Counted from the stretch's first letter, positions 9,318 to 19,208 are shown. The stretch is 64,000 bases of DNA from Candidatus Aenigmatarchaeota archaeon (GCA_046539325.1 JBKHHD010000004.1:1-64000), one strand, 5' to 3'. The notes: generated by a model not told the origin, from the letters alone. Program-made: numbers and translations.

Positions 9318-9900
9318 AGTCTATACTTTTGAAAAAGGTTTCAGGTTTTTCTAATGCCTCCTTTATCTCATCGTCTTCTCCTGAGAAAATTTTATTTCCT
9401 ATTATATGTTCGTCTTCTAAAGAGAGTAGACTGCCCCATTCCAGGGCTTTTTCATGCCAGAGTCTGTACATCTTATGTGTTTTTGACTTTATCTTACTTT
9501 TACCTTCGAAGTATTTTTCAAGGTATTTGAGACCTTCCCTTCTAAAGTGGTTTGCTATGCCTTCCTCAAAACAAGGGACATACCTTCCTTTTGGGTATTC
9601 AACGGACTTTATTTTCTCCTTTGAGTTTATATCCTTCGCTACATGACCAAGCTCATGAGCGACACCCTTATTGACCAAAAGATCGGACCAGATTTCATCG
9701 TACAGTACAACTACCTCGCCACTGTGGTGCGAACTGCTATCTTTTCTGACATAATTCATTCTTCCAGTAGTATTGAACTCGTCATGTGAAAGGACTGTGA
9801 AGTCGGGTTCCCTAAGCTCTATATCGAATTTATCCTGATAGTACGGCACTAATATTTCTGCCGTTTCTTCGCATTTTCGACGAAGCTCCTCGCGGCTCAT
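9304..9900 (-). CDS. Hypothetical zincin-like metallopeptidase
   Basis: HELGH followed by EEGIA (HExxH + downstream Glu). Confidence 0.5.
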   Translation of the reverse strand: MSREELRRKCEETAEILVPYYQDKFDIELREPDFTVLSHDEFNTTGRMNYVRKDSSSHHSGEVVVLYDEIWSDLLVNKGVAHELGHVAKDINSKEKIKSVEYPKGRYVPCFEEGIANHFRREGLKYLEKYFEGKSKIKSKTHKMYRLWHEKALEWGSLLSLEDEHIIGNKIFSGEDDEIKEALEKPETFFKSIDFSSL

Positions 9901-10188
9901 CTAAAAAAAGAGTTAGAGTTAAAGATATTTAAATGCCGAAGCCAAGCTTTGAATTCCTGGTTCTTTCTCTAGTATTTAATTGAATAAACTTTATATCTTA
10001 TTCCACTGGTCATACGAGCATCAGACTTCTTACGGGTAAAATTTATATTTCTTGGATATCTCCAGCAGTTCGTATATATTTTCGATGCAGTGGACCAGTA
10101 TACTTATCCTCAACTAATCAAGCTTAACAACGGGGTCCGTTGAACACTCCAAACGGCTTGATTTTTTTCTAGGCTTTTAGCCAGTTCT

Positions 10189-10473
10189 CTATAAGTCTTC
10201 CATCATCTTTTTGAATAGTTTCTTATGATCAATATCTTCTTCCCTGTACCTTTTCACGATATCCCCATTTACATCAAGATGTTCTCCGAGCACATTGATT
10301 ACCATTCCTTCATTGTCTTCAAATCCCAGAACCTCACTGTCTTTAATCTGGTATTTTACCAGCTTTACTTCAACGTCAGTATCAAAATCCTTTGAACTGT
10401 TGCAGGAGCATGCATCGAACTCCAAATTGTCGCTGTATATCTTCCCACAGTTTTCACATTTGTAAAAAGGCGT
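10189..10473 (-). CDS. Zinc-ribbon protein, apparent ACG start
   Basis: Frame extends upstream of the tracked TTG to (M)PFYKCENCGKIY...CSC; GGGGTG RBS precedes ACG at 10473. Confidence 0.5.
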   Translation of the reverse strand, partial: TPFYKCENCGKIYSDNLEFDACSCNSSKDFDTDVEVKLVKYQIKDSEVLGFEDNEGMVINVLGEHLDVNGDIVKRYREEDIDHKKLFKKMMEDL

Positions 10474-10657
10474 TTAGACACCCCAGCAATCAATTCAGAG
10501 AGCTTAAAATATTTATTTGTGTCGGAAGCCAAGAGCCTTGGAATACTAAAAATCAGTCTCTACGCATGAAATTAAGTCAGGCGATTGTAAAAGCTTTCCG
10601 AGAAGTCGATATAAATCCTCCACATATTTAAAATTCAGATATAATTTTTGTTTTGTT

Positions 10658-10927
10658 ATGGAAGGCGACGAAACTAACTACGAAGAAAGGATACGCAAAG
10701 GCTTTGAGAAGGCAGTTGAGAATAGAATAGAGAATAGGGGCATCGGAGGATTTGAAGAAGAATTGAATTCTCTTGAAAGCCGTGTCGAGAGGTTAAATGA
10801 GTTGTACGAAGAAAAAGTGAACGATGGGAATCCTAAGGAGACAGAGGCCTTGGTAAAGACCATAGCTTCTGCTGAAATACATTATGAAGTTGCCAAAGAA
10901 AAGTACGAAGATAAAAAACAAGAATGA
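10658..10927 (+). CDS. Hypothetical coiled-coil protein
   Basis: 89-aa acidic helical ORF downstream of a TTTAAA box. Confidence 0.55.
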   Translation: MEGDETNYEERIRKGFEKAVENRIENRGIGGFEEELNSLESRVERLNELYEEKVNDGNPKETEALVKTIASAEIHYEVAKEKYEDKKQE

Positions 10928-11020
10928 AAACTTGAGAACTTTATTTCTCTCTATCAGAAAGATCCCCACTTCGGACTAGTTGAATAATCACATATCTAAT
11001 TTCCTAATCTATACCTTGAT

Positions 11021-11926
11021 TTACTTTTCTAGGAGAACTACCCTCGACCTCTTCTGTTCGTCGGCTACGTTGTACTTTGAACTTCCTGCTACTTCCTCCG
11101 AGAACTTCTTCACATCTTCGTGGCTCGGCATCGCGTCTCGTGGCATCCTCTTCTGCGAATAGCCTATATGCATGTAAGCCTTTGCTTCTATGAAGTCGAA
11201 GCCTACTTCTTCTACCAGCTCAGCGAACTCTTCAGCAAGGTGCATGTTAACGCCGTCCATACACGTTATTCGCAAAACAGTTGTACTGTCCATTTCCCCG
11301 ACCAACTCAAGTGTTTCCTGGAGCTTGCTCCAGTTTTCCTCTTCGACAGGATTACAGTGTTTCCTGTAAAGCTCCTTGTTCGGTGCCTCAACGGACACGT
11401 AGAAGTTCGTAGGCAGCTCCTTTAGTTTTTCTATTCTTTCAGGGAAAGTTCCATTGGTGACCAGGAACGTGGAGAAGTCTCGTCTGTGGAACTCCTCTAT
11501 AAGCTCGGAGATCTTGGGATAGAACATCGGTTCACCTGTAAGCGAGATGGCGGCCTGATTGGGGTGCTTAGCTTCTTCCAGCTTTTCTTCAGGTACGTCC
11601 TCGTTGCCTCCGAACCCGGACAGTAGCTCGCGCTGCGCCTCTATACATCCATCTATGATCTCCTCCGGGTCGTCCACGTGACCTTTCCACTCCGAGGAAA
11701 AGAAGGATGTGTCCCGCCAGCAGTGTCTACAACGCTGATTGCAAAGCAAAGCGGGAGTCATCTGCAAACATCTATGACTTTCAATACCGTAGAACTTCTG
11801 CTTGTAGCAGACGTCGTCGCAGCGAAGCGACTCCTTCAGCCAGTTACAGGTGCGCACCGCAGAGTGGTTCCCCACGAAGCGGTACTGTCTTTCCTCCAGT
11901 TCCTGTTTCTTTTTCTCCGGGAGCAT
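11021..11926 (-). CDS. taw1: 4-demethylwyosine synthase (radical SAM)
   Basis: HSAVRTCNW, CYKQKFYGIESHRCLQMTP, CNQRCRHCWR, ISLTGEP. Confidence 0.95.
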   Translation of the reverse strand: MLPEKKKQELEERQYRFVGNHSAVRTCNWLKESLRCDDVCYKQKFYGIESHRCLQMTPALLCNQRCRHCWRDTSFFSSEWKGHVDDPEEIIDGCIEAQRELLSGFGGNEDVPEEKLEEAKHPNQAAISLTGEPMFYPKISELIEEFHRRDFSTFLVTNGTFPERIEKLKELPTNFYVSVEAPNKELYRKHCNPVEEENWSKLQETLELVGEMDSTTVLRITCMDGVNMHLAEEFAELVEEVGFDFIEAKAYMHIGYSQKRMPRDAMPSHEDVKKFSEEVAGSSKYNVADEQKRSRVVLLEK

Positions 11927-12032
11927 AGTCTAATGGTTCTTTTGGTAAAGATTAAAAGTTTTCCCATGGCCGGAGAATACATCAAACGTCGAGGGTAATG
12001 TTTATAAATTGGTGTACATAAGTCCTAACTAC

Positions 12033-12692
12033 ATGTATTCGGACACCCCCGAAGACGAAGTTGTGGTAAAGGCGGACGTAGATGGTGTTTTAACCGACAT
12101 AAAGGAGACATTCGAGAACTGCATCCCAGGAAGCGTACTAGACTACGTAGTTGAGAAGGAATACGACCTTGAGGATCTCGGATACGAGTTCGCCGAGGAG
12201 GTCTGCGAGACCACGAACCTCGCATACAAGGAAAACAGAGATCTTCTGGTCCCTAGAGAAGAAGATTTACCCGGAAAGATAGAGGGTATAAAGGAGGCTC
12301 TGGAGAAGAAAACAGGGAAACACGCGAAGTTCGTGATAGCTACTTCTAGAAAGGGAATAGATGAAGAAGAGCTCGAGGAAGCCCTGTCAAGTATGGGTAT
12401 AGAGAACTACGACGATCTGAGAATAGAAGAGGAGAAACACAAAGACTGCGATATACTCATTGAGGACAATCCAGGTCAGATAAAGGCATTTTTTGATGAG
12501 GGAGGACAAAAAGCATACCATATCAACAACGAGTGCAGCAAGATGGTTTACAGGGAACAGGAAGATATTTACGGGGACGGGAGATGTAGATCCATCGAAA
12601 GCTTTTCTGAAATAATCGAAGACGTAGAGGCAGAGGAACCATTCGATGAAAGCTTTTTTGATCAGGAGTTGGCAAAGCCTAAGGCCTGTTGA
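12033..12692 (+). CDS. HAD-superfamily 5'(3')-nucleotidase-like hydrolase
   Basis: DVDGVL motif I, ATSR motif II, K..CDILIEDN motifs III/IV. Confidence 0.65.
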   Translation: MYSDTPEDEVVVKADVDGVLTDIKETFENCIPGSVLDYVVEKEYDLEDLGYEFAEEVCETTNLAYKENRDLLVPREEDLPGKIEGIKEALEKKTGKHAKFVIATSRKGIDEEELEEALSSMGIENYDDLRIEEEKHKDCDILIEDNPGQIKAFFDEGGQKAYHINNECSKMVYREQEDIYGDGRCRSIESFSEIIEDVEAEEPFDESFFDQELAKPKAC

Positions 12693-14466
12693 GTGAGGAC
12701 TGCATGTCCCACAGCTTCTTGTAGAGACCGTCCTTCTCCAGTAGTTCTTCGTGCGTTCCTTGTTCTACAACCTTTCCGTCTTCAAGGCATATGATTCTGT
12801 CGGCCAGTCTCGCTGTGCTGAGATCGTGGGCTATCATTATAGTTGTCCTATCCTTTATCAGCTCATTTATAGCGTCCTGTATCTTCACCTCCGTTATCGT
12901 ATCCACGTCGCTGGTCGCCTCGTCTAATATCAGAATCTCCGGGTCGTTAAGGATGGTCCTTGCTATAGAGATTCTCTGCTTCTGTCCACCGCTTAGCTTA
13001 ACGCCGTCTTCTCCTACCTCAGTTTCGTATCCGTCCTTGAAGTCCTCTATGAAATCATGTGCTGCAGCCTTGTTAGCCGCTTCCTTGATCTTTTCATCCG
13101 TAGCCTCTGGATCCCCGTAAGAGATATTGGTCATAACGTCGTCGTCGAAGAGAAAAGCATCCTGTGAAACTATGCCTATTTTGTCCCTGAGCTCCTTTAC
13201 ATCCAGCTTACGTATATCCCTTCCGTCTATCTTAACCATGCCGTTGTCTGGGTCGTAGAACCTCAGAATCATGTTAACCGTAGTCGTCTTTCCTGATCCA
13301 CTTGGACCGACGAGAGCGACGGTTTCGCCGGGCTTCACCTTGAAGGAGACTTCGTGGAGCGCGCTGTCTTCCTCCTCTTCCTTCTCTGGATCACCGTAGT
13401 GGAACGTAACTTCTTCGAACTCTACTTCTCCTTCAATTTCACCAACTTTTTCTGGATTGTCCTGGTTCTTTATACCTATAGGTTCCTGAAGAATTCCGAA
13501 AACGCGTGCTGCGGAAGCAGCTGCCCTCTGATGTGAGTTTGTAACCCAGCCTAACATCCGCATGGGCTCGTAGAACTGCCATATGTATGCGTTGAAAGCT
13601 ATAAGGGTACCTATCGTCAGTGCCTCTTCGATGACCAGATAACCACCGTATCCTATAACGATTACTGCACCTACGGAAACCGCAAAACCAACGGCAGGAA
13701 AGAACTTCGACCAGAGCTTTATAGACTCGACGTTCGTCTGCCTGTAATCATCGCTGACATCTCCCACCCTTTCGATTTCATATTCCTCCCTTGCAAAGCT
13801 CTTTATAGTCTCTATTCCAGCTATATTGTTCTGAAGCCTGCTGTTCACGTCACCCACGGACTTCCTTACAGCGTCCCACTTAGGCCTTATCTTGCCTGCA
13901 AAATGGTAGGTCATGAAGCCTATGATAGGTATGGGAACCAAGGTGAAGAAAGCAAGCTTCCAGTTCATCCAGAAAAGCACGACCCCTATGACCAGGCCTA
14001 TGGTTATGTTCCTTACGATTTCTCTCATTGTCGAGGACAGAAATCTCTGAAGCCTGTTTATATCGTTCGATAGTTTGGACATCATCTTTCCAGTCGGCTG
14101 GTTGCTGTGGAAGGAAAGTGAAAGCTCCTGTAGATGCTTGTAGGTGTCCATACGTAGGTGGTATATGGCTTCCTGTGCAAAGGTGAAAAGAAAGAAGTTC
14201 TGCGCGTATTCAAATATAGCTCTTCCAGCATAAGCCCCTACTAAAGCTGCGACAACCATCCAGAGGAGACCAAAGTTCCCGGGAATTATGGCTTCATCTA
14301 TAGCTGTCCTGACCAGATAAGGTGGAACAAGGCCGAAGGTCGAAGCAACGATAACGGACAAGACACCTATTACCAGCCTCCTTTTGTATGGCTTACAGTA
14401 GTTAAGAAGCTTCGACATAGGTTTGTCTACCCTCTTCTCCTGCTCCTTCAGAGTATCATCGTCCAC
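12679..14466 (-). CDS. ABC exporter, fused permease/ATPase (MsbA/MdlA-like)
   Basis: Multiple TM helices; GPSGSGKT, LSGGQKQR, ILDEATS. Confidence 0.95.
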   Translation of the reverse strand: MDDDTLKEQEKRVDKPMSKLLNYCKPYKRRLVIGVLSVIVASTFGLVPPYLVRTAIDEAIIPGNFGLLWMVVAALVGAYAGRAIFEYAQNFFLFTFAQEAIYHLRMDTYKHLQELSLSFHSNQPTGKMMSKLSNDINRLQRFLSSTMREIVRNITIGLVIGVVLFWMNWKLAFFTLVPIPIIGFMTYHFAGKIRPKWDAVRKSVGDVNSRLQNNIAGIETIKSFAREEYEIERVGDVSDDYRQTNVESIKLWSKFFPAVGFAVSVGAVIVIGYGGYLVIEEALTIGTLIAFNAYIWQFYEPMRMLGWVTNSHQRAAASAARVFGILQEPIGIKNQDNPEKVGEIEGEVEFEEVTFHYGDPEKEEEEDSALHEVSFKVKPGETVALVGPSGSGKTTTVNMILRFYDPDNGMVKIDGRDIRKLDVKELRDKIGIVSQDAFLFDDDVMTNISYGDPEATDEKIKEAANKAAAHDFIEDFKDGYETEVGEDGVKLSGGQKQRISIARTILNDPEILILDEATSDVDTITEVKIQDAINELIKDRTTIMIAHDLSTARLADRIICLEDGKVVEQGTHEELLEKDGLYKKLWDMQSSLNRP

Positions 14467-14558
14467 TACCTTGTGCGGAATAATACCACCTTGCGGCTAC
14501 CCAAGATTTTTGAGCAATTAATATAAATTTTAAGGTGTAAGTTTAGTTTGGTGACTTA

Positions 14559-14714
14559 ATGGTTTATACAGACAAGTTGAGAAAAGGTTTCGAGAAATCT
14601 TATAAAGACCTCTGGAACAAAGTTGGTCGTAGTTTCGGCGTGTATGGACTTGGCCTCGAAGGGGAAGATATAGAGGAAGCTTTGAAAGATTCTGAAAACC
14701 GTTCAGACGCTTAG
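14559..14714 (+). CDS. Small hypothetical protein (51 aa, MVYTDKLRKGFEK...)
   Basis: GGTGA RBS and TTTTAA box upstream; not in ORF track. Confidence 0.5.
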   Translation: MVYTDKLRKGFEKSYKDLWNKVGRSFGVYGLGLEGEDIEEALKDSENRSDA

Positions 14715-15599
14715 TTCCATAAGGTCTTCAGCCACTTCCACATTGTCGTGATACTCCTGAGCAGCTTTTCTCAGAGGCTGCAGATCTTTGTACCTTCTTG
14801 AGTAGTGTGTGAGTAAAAGTCTCTTTACATTTGCTTCCTTCGCAAGCTTCGCCGCGTCTTTTGCCGATGAGTGTTTATGGCTTGTTTCTTCGGCAAAGGT
14901 TGCGTCGTGTATAAGTAGATCGGCTCCTTCGGAAAGCTTCTTTACAGTCTCTGTTGGAAGGGTGTCTCCAGAGTAAACTACCTTCCTTCCCTTGGTCAAA
15001 TCAGACACATCCTTCAGCTTTATCTCCTCGCCTTTGTGCGTTATTTTTCCTTTATCCTTCAGCTCGCCCATCTTTGGTCCAGGATATAGATCGTACTCTG
15101 CGGCCTTATCTTCGTTTATATTAAGCTTGTCCTTCTCCTCTAAACAGTACGCGACGGACGGAACAGAATGATCAGTTGGAATAGACTTGACAATGTACTC
15201 CTTTTCCTCGACTAACACGTTTTCCTCCTCACCTTCGTAATCAACGTCCACCGCCTTCACATCAAAGCCGAAGTCGTACCAGGACATATCCGAAAGAAGT
15301 GAAACAAAACGCGAAGCCTCGGGACCATAGATCTCCAACTTCCTTTTCCTTCCTTCCAGGTTGAAGGTTTCGATGAGTCCAAGAAGACCAGCATAGTGAT
15401 CCGCGTGCCAGTGAGTGATAAATATCTTATCAACCTTCATAAACGAAAGTCCAGCTCTCTGTATCTGTCTCTGCGTACCTTCACCACAGTCCCAGAGAAA
15501 GACGTCACCTTCCCTCCTGACCCATATGGAAGAATGATGTCTCTCCTTTGTAGGAATTATGCTTCCGGAACCCAACACCACGACCTCAAGCGGCTTCAT
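14703..15599 (-). CDS. rnz: Ribonuclease Z
   Basis: DCGEGTQ, THWHADH, GDT, HDATF, THYSRRY. Confidence 0.95.
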   Translation of the reverse strand: MKPLEVVVLGSGSIIPTKERHHSSIWVRREGDVFLWDCGEGTQRQIQRAGLSFMKVDKIFITHWHADHYAGLLGLIETFNLEGRKRKLEIYGPEASRFVSLLSDMSWYDFGFDVKAVDVDYEGEEENVLVEEKEYIVKSIPTDHSVPSVAYCLEEKDKLNINEDKAAEYDLYPGPKMGELKDKGKITHKGEEIKLKDVSDLTKGRKVVYSGDTLPTETVKKLSEGADLLIHDATFAEETSHKHSSAKDAAKLAKEANVKRLLLTHYSRRYKDLQPLRKAAQEYHDNVEVAEDLMELSV

Positions 15600-15644
15600 A
15601 ACAGTGTGGATTAAGTAAAGGAAGTTTTTATACTTTGCAGAGAA

Positions 15645-15815
15645 CTAGTTGTGGAAAGTGATCTTTTTGCTTACATTATTCGATCCACAGTTAGGACATT
15701 CTGGTTTTATATAATCAATACTTCCATCATTATATTCCGTCCCGTCCTTATATTCTCTATGACAATCACCGCAGGTATGCTTATGCTCGCCGGTTATATC
15801 AGGATCTTCAGTCAT
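15645..15815 (-). CDS. Small CPxCG zinc-finger protein (56 aa)
   Basis: MTEDPDITGEHKHTCGDCH...ECPNCGSNNV; GGTGA RBS; not in ORF track. Confidence 0.7.
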   Translation of the reverse strand: MTEDPDITGEHKHTCGDCHREYKDGTEYNDGSIDYIKPECPNCGSNNVSKKITFHN

Positions 15816-15887
15816 ATTTATCACCTAATACATTCTCATGGAAAAATTTATATCAACAGGTTACTACTTTCTAAGTTATTTTATCTC

Positions 15888-16037
15888 CTAATGGGGTCTA
15901 CGGTTCCTTATTTTCATCCTGTAACCGTCGCAGATAAGTAGAATTACAACGGCCACAGCTCCGAAGATGAACATTCCAGGGCTTTCGATTATCCTACCGG
16001 TAATTCCTGATGCTTCAATCGAAGTCTTGTCTGTCAT
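15888..16037 (-). CDS. Small putative membrane protein (49 aa)
   Basis: MTDKTSIEASG...MFIFGAVAVVILLI, one hydrophobic segment followed by basic tail. Confidence 0.35.
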   Translation of the reverse strand: MTDKTSIEASGITGRIIESPGMFIFGAVAVVILLICDGYRMKIRNRRPH

Positions 16038-16066
16038 TTATTTTCAGTTTTCTCTTATCTTATGAT

Positions 16067-16237
16067 TCAAATGGGATCCAATAGTTCTTTTACTGTCGAC
16101 CGTGGAGTTCGGTTTGAACGATCTTTTTCTTGAATTTCGTCTTCGTACATATCGTCTGGAGTGCTTTTACCATGTTCTACTGACAATCCAGATTTGTAGC
16201 TGAGGGTCTCAATTTCTAACTTTCCATTTCCTTCCAT
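16067..16237 (-). CDS. Small hypothetical protein (56 aa)
   Basis: Full GGAGGTGA RBS before ATG; MEGNGKLEIETLSYK...LLDPI. Confidence 0.5.
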   Translation of the reverse strand: MEGNGKLEIETLSYKSGLSVEHGKSTPDDMYEDEIQEKDRSNRTPRSTVKELLDPI

Positions 16238-16371
16238 TGAATCACCTCCTTTGATCGCTAGGGAAAAATTCGTGTAGACGATTTTTAAATGTGGCGTTCG
16301 ACGTTTGTTTTAATTCGGACAATGGTTTTAAGTTTGTTTTCCGTTTAATAATATATGAAGAGGTGCCTAGA

Positions 16372-17607
16372 TTGGAGAACAATGGCGAAGGTAAGATAAT
16401 CAAGGATCCTGTCCACGGCTTCATGGATCTGAACAAGATGCAGGTTGAGCTTCTCTCACAACCAGAAGTGCAGAGGATGACGTGGATAAAACAGATAGGC
16501 CTTGGACTTCTTGTTTACCCCGGTGGTCACCATACGAGACTGGAACATTGTCTCGGAACTTCTTACCTCTGCAAGAAGATTGGAAAAACCTTGGAGCTTG
16601 ATGAGAAAGAGAGGAAGCTTCTGGAGGCCGCTGGCATGTTACACGATATAGGACACCCACCTTTCAGTCACACAGTGGAGAAGGTAATGGAAAAGGACCA
16701 CATGGAAGCTACGAAGGAACTGATACTTGGCGAGAAAGTTCTGGATCTATCTGGAGCTGGCAAAATCCCAGAAGTTCTTAAAAAACACGGCCTTGATCCG
16801 AAGAGGGTTGCGGATCTTGTTACAGGAGACTTCAAAGGTAAGAAATACCTTGCTGACATAATCAGCTCTCAGATGGACGCGGATCAGCTTGATTACTTGG
16901 TGAGGGATGCACATCACACGGGCGTATCATACGGGTCTATAGAGACTGACTGGATAATAAATGTGATGGAGATAAATGACGAGAGGCTTACTTACAGGGA
17001 GAAAGGAATCGATGCTCTTGAAGACTGCATAATTGCAAGGGACCACATGTATTCCAGCGTCTACTCTCATAAAACTTCATGTATAGCTGAGAAGATGCTT
17101 CTGAGGGCGGTAGAAAGACACCTCAAATCCAATGACCAGAAAGGTGAAGATATCTTCTGGATGACCGACGGTGAGCTCATGCAAGTTCTTTCCAACACAA
17201 ATGCGTTTTCAAAAGAAATGGTAAGCAGGATAAAAAACAGGGACCTCTACAAGCAAGCCTACGCATTGAAGGATACGGAAGTATCTGAAGACAGTAGGAT
17301 TGAAAGGATTTCAAACGGGTCGGAGGAGGAAATAGAGGGAAGAATAGCTGAACTAGCAGATGTAAATGAAGACTCTGTAATAGTTCATAAAGAAAGGGAA
17401 GTTACCAAGGAGCTTGAACCGAGACTGAGGGAGTTTGACATAAGGATAACCTTGGACAGCGGTGAAGTTGTTCCGCTGGAAGAGGTATCGAGGACCGTAA
17501 GTTCGTTGAGGAAGAAAGAGCCTGTGAGGAATCTTCTGTCCGTGTACACACCCGAAGAACATAGATCAAGGGTTGGAGAAAAGGCCAAAGGGTACTTCGG
17601 ACTCTGA
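16372..17607 (+). CDS. HD-domain phosphohydrolase (SAMHD1/dNTP triphosphohydrolase-like)
   Basis: IKDPVHG, IKQIG..VYPGGHHTRLEHCLG, LHDIGHPPFSH, DADQLDYLVRD; GAGGTG RBS before TTG 16372. Confidence 0.9.
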   Translation: MENNGEGKIIKDPVHGFMDLNKMQVELLSQPEVQRMTWIKQIGLGLLVYPGGHHTRLEHCLGTSYLCKKIGKTLELDEKERKLLEAAGMLHDIGHPPFSHTVEKVMEKDHMEATKELILGEKVLDLSGAGKIPEVLKKHGLDPKRVADLVTGDFKGKKYLADIISSQMDADQLDYLVRDAHHTGVSYGSIETDWIINVMEINDERLTYREKGIDALEDCIIARDHMYSSVYSHKTSCIAEKMLLRAVERHLKSNDQKGEDIFWMTDGELMQVLSNTNAFSKEMVSRIKNRDLYKQAYALKDTEVSEDSRIERISNGSEEEIEGRIAELADVNEDSVIVHKEREVTKELEPRLREFDIRITLDSGEVVPLEEVSRTVSSLRKKEPVRNLLSVYTPEEHRSRVGEKAKGYFGL

Positions 17608-17609
17608 GT

Positions 17610-18074
17610 TTAGCTAAAAAGTTTACTTCTTATCTCATTAACTTTTTTCTCAGTAAGGCTGTCCTTTACGTCCTTCATTTTTAACATAAAATCCCTGAGG
17701 TCATCCAGATCTACGTTCACAGGCCTGTTCTTGAGATTGTACTGGTTCTCTATCCTTAGCTCCTTGCTCTTCTTTAATCTGCTGGAAATATCCTCCTCTA
17801 ACAGGCCTTCATCTTCGAGAAACTGCACAGCTTCTATCGTACAGTCGTGTATTTCAGAGCTTATGCCTAGCCTTGCGAGTACTGCGGAGACACAGAAATA
17901 TTCAATATAGTATTTTACAGTTGCTGTCCATATCCTGGAGCCGTTCTCCATGACCCGCTTCAAAACCCTAAGGCTCTCCTCAGCGTTCTGAAGGTAGTCT
18001 TCAGCTATGTTTTCACTGGGCTCAGCAAGCTGAAGTCCGTCCCTCTCGTTTTTACACCACTCCAAACTCGCCAT
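17610..18074 (-). CDS. HEPN domain protein
   Basis: YYIEYF, SEIHDCTI, RIENQY; overlaps upstream MNT gene. Confidence 0.7.
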   Translation of the reverse strand: MASLEWCKNERDGLQLAEPSENIAEDYLQNAEESLRVLKRVMENGSRIWTATVKYYIEYFCVSAVLARLGISSEIHDCTIEAVQFLEDEGLLEEDISSRLKKSKELRIENQYNLKNRPVNVDLDDLRDFMLKMKDVKDSLTEKKVNEIRSKLFS

Positions 18075-18642
18075 ACATTTCACCAAACATAGTTACAAAA
18101 TAGTCCGTTCCGTTCAGGATAATATGTTTCTTGTGCAGCTCCTTCTTAAATCTTCTGTCAAGTCCATCCCTATCCTTTACGTGTACTTTGTGCACAGGCA
18201 GATAGGTCTCACCGAACTCCTCAAGCCTCTTCCTGAGCTCATCGCTTTGTTTTCCTAGTATCAGAAGGTCGATATCCTCACCCTCCCTGTTGACTGCATA
18301 AGATCCGAATACCATGAATCTTGCTTCTGTCATGAACGGTAAAATTTTCTCGTAGAGCCTCTTCACCAATGTCTCCTCCTCTATGAACTCGTAGCTTCTG
18401 AGCTTTTCAGCAGTGGAAAGGTAATGAAGTATTAGCGAGAAGTCAGTGTTCAGCCTGTACTTCCTATGCTTGCCCTGGCCCTCAACGTTTAGAACGTTGT
18501 CGTTCACGAGCTCCTTTATATACTTCTTCAAAGTCTGATGAGGCCTGTCCAATTCCTTTTCAAAGTTTGCAAGAATAAGGCTTCTCGTGTAGTCATCCAA
18601 GTAAGGGAATAAAACTTTCCATTTAGTAAGTTTTATTACCAT
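18052..18642 (-). CDS. wHTH-MNT fusion (nucleotidyltransferase antitoxin-like)
   Basis: N-terminal HTH (PHQTLKKYIKELV); FGSYA...DIDLLI. Confidence 0.75.
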   Translation of the reverse strand: MVIKLTKWKVLFPYLDDYTRSLILANFEKELDRPHQTLKKYIKELVNDNVLNVEGQGKHRKYRLNTDFSLILHYLSTAEKLRSYEFIEEETLVKRLYEKILPFMTEARFMVFGSYAVNREGEDIDLLILGKQSDELRKRLEEFGETYLPVHKVHVKDRDGLDRRFKKELHKKHIILNGTDYFVTMFGEMYGEFGVV

Positions 18643-18664
18643 ATTGTATATAATAATACTAATG

Positions 18665-19138
18665 CTATTTAAAATTTAGGTCATCAAGGAAATCTTCGAT
18701 TATTTTTGCCTTTTCTTCTCTTTTTGTTCCGAGACAGGCCTCTTTCTCGGCTTTTAGTTCTAGACATGGAACTCTGTATCCGTTTAATTCTACAGGAATG
18801 GCTCTACCTGAATCAACCTTACTGTAGTATATATCATCCTCAGCCCCGCCTAGTACATGGGCCTCTACACCCTCAACATTAAGCTTCATCTCGTAGTAGT
18901 CAGGTTTGCCTTTTTCTGATGCTTCCCTTCTCTTAATATCCTTATCCACGTATTCCTTGAAGGTGTTCTGTACCTTTTTTATGCCTTCGTAGCTCGTCGA
19001 AATGTCGAGGTCATCTGGTTCGAGGTCAATTCCCTGTAAGACCATATTTGTACTACCAACAACGGCCCAGTTCAGATCTCTACCATCTAGCCTCGAAGCT
19101 ACTTTTTTCAAAGCCTCTTCAAACTTCTCATTGAGCAT
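18665..19138 (-). CDS. Nucleotidyltransferase-fold protein
   Basis: WAVVGSTNMVLQG...PDDLDI. Confidence 0.7.
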   Translation of the reverse strand: MLNEKFEEALKKVASRLDGRDLNWAVVGSTNMVLQGIDLEPDDLDISTSYEGIKKVQNTFKEYVDKDIKRREASEKGKPDYYEMKLNVEGVEAHVLGGAEDDIYYSKVDSGRAIPVELNGYRVPCLELKAEKEACLGTKREEKAKIIEDFLDDLNFK

Positions 19139-19208
19139 GGCAAAACTTTATCACCAAGATTTAAATTAGAGGTGGTGGATTCCATTAAGCGATGCCAGGA
19201 ACTTACTT

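Noticed and set aside
10116-10168. Nested inverted repeats AATCAAGC/GCTTGATT and CAACGG/CCGTTG followed by a T tract
   Set aside because: Could be a terminator or small RNA, but too short and unsupported to call
15651-15941. 96-aa plus-strand ORF
   Set aside because: Atypical composition; better explained by RBS-bearing small genes on the minus strand
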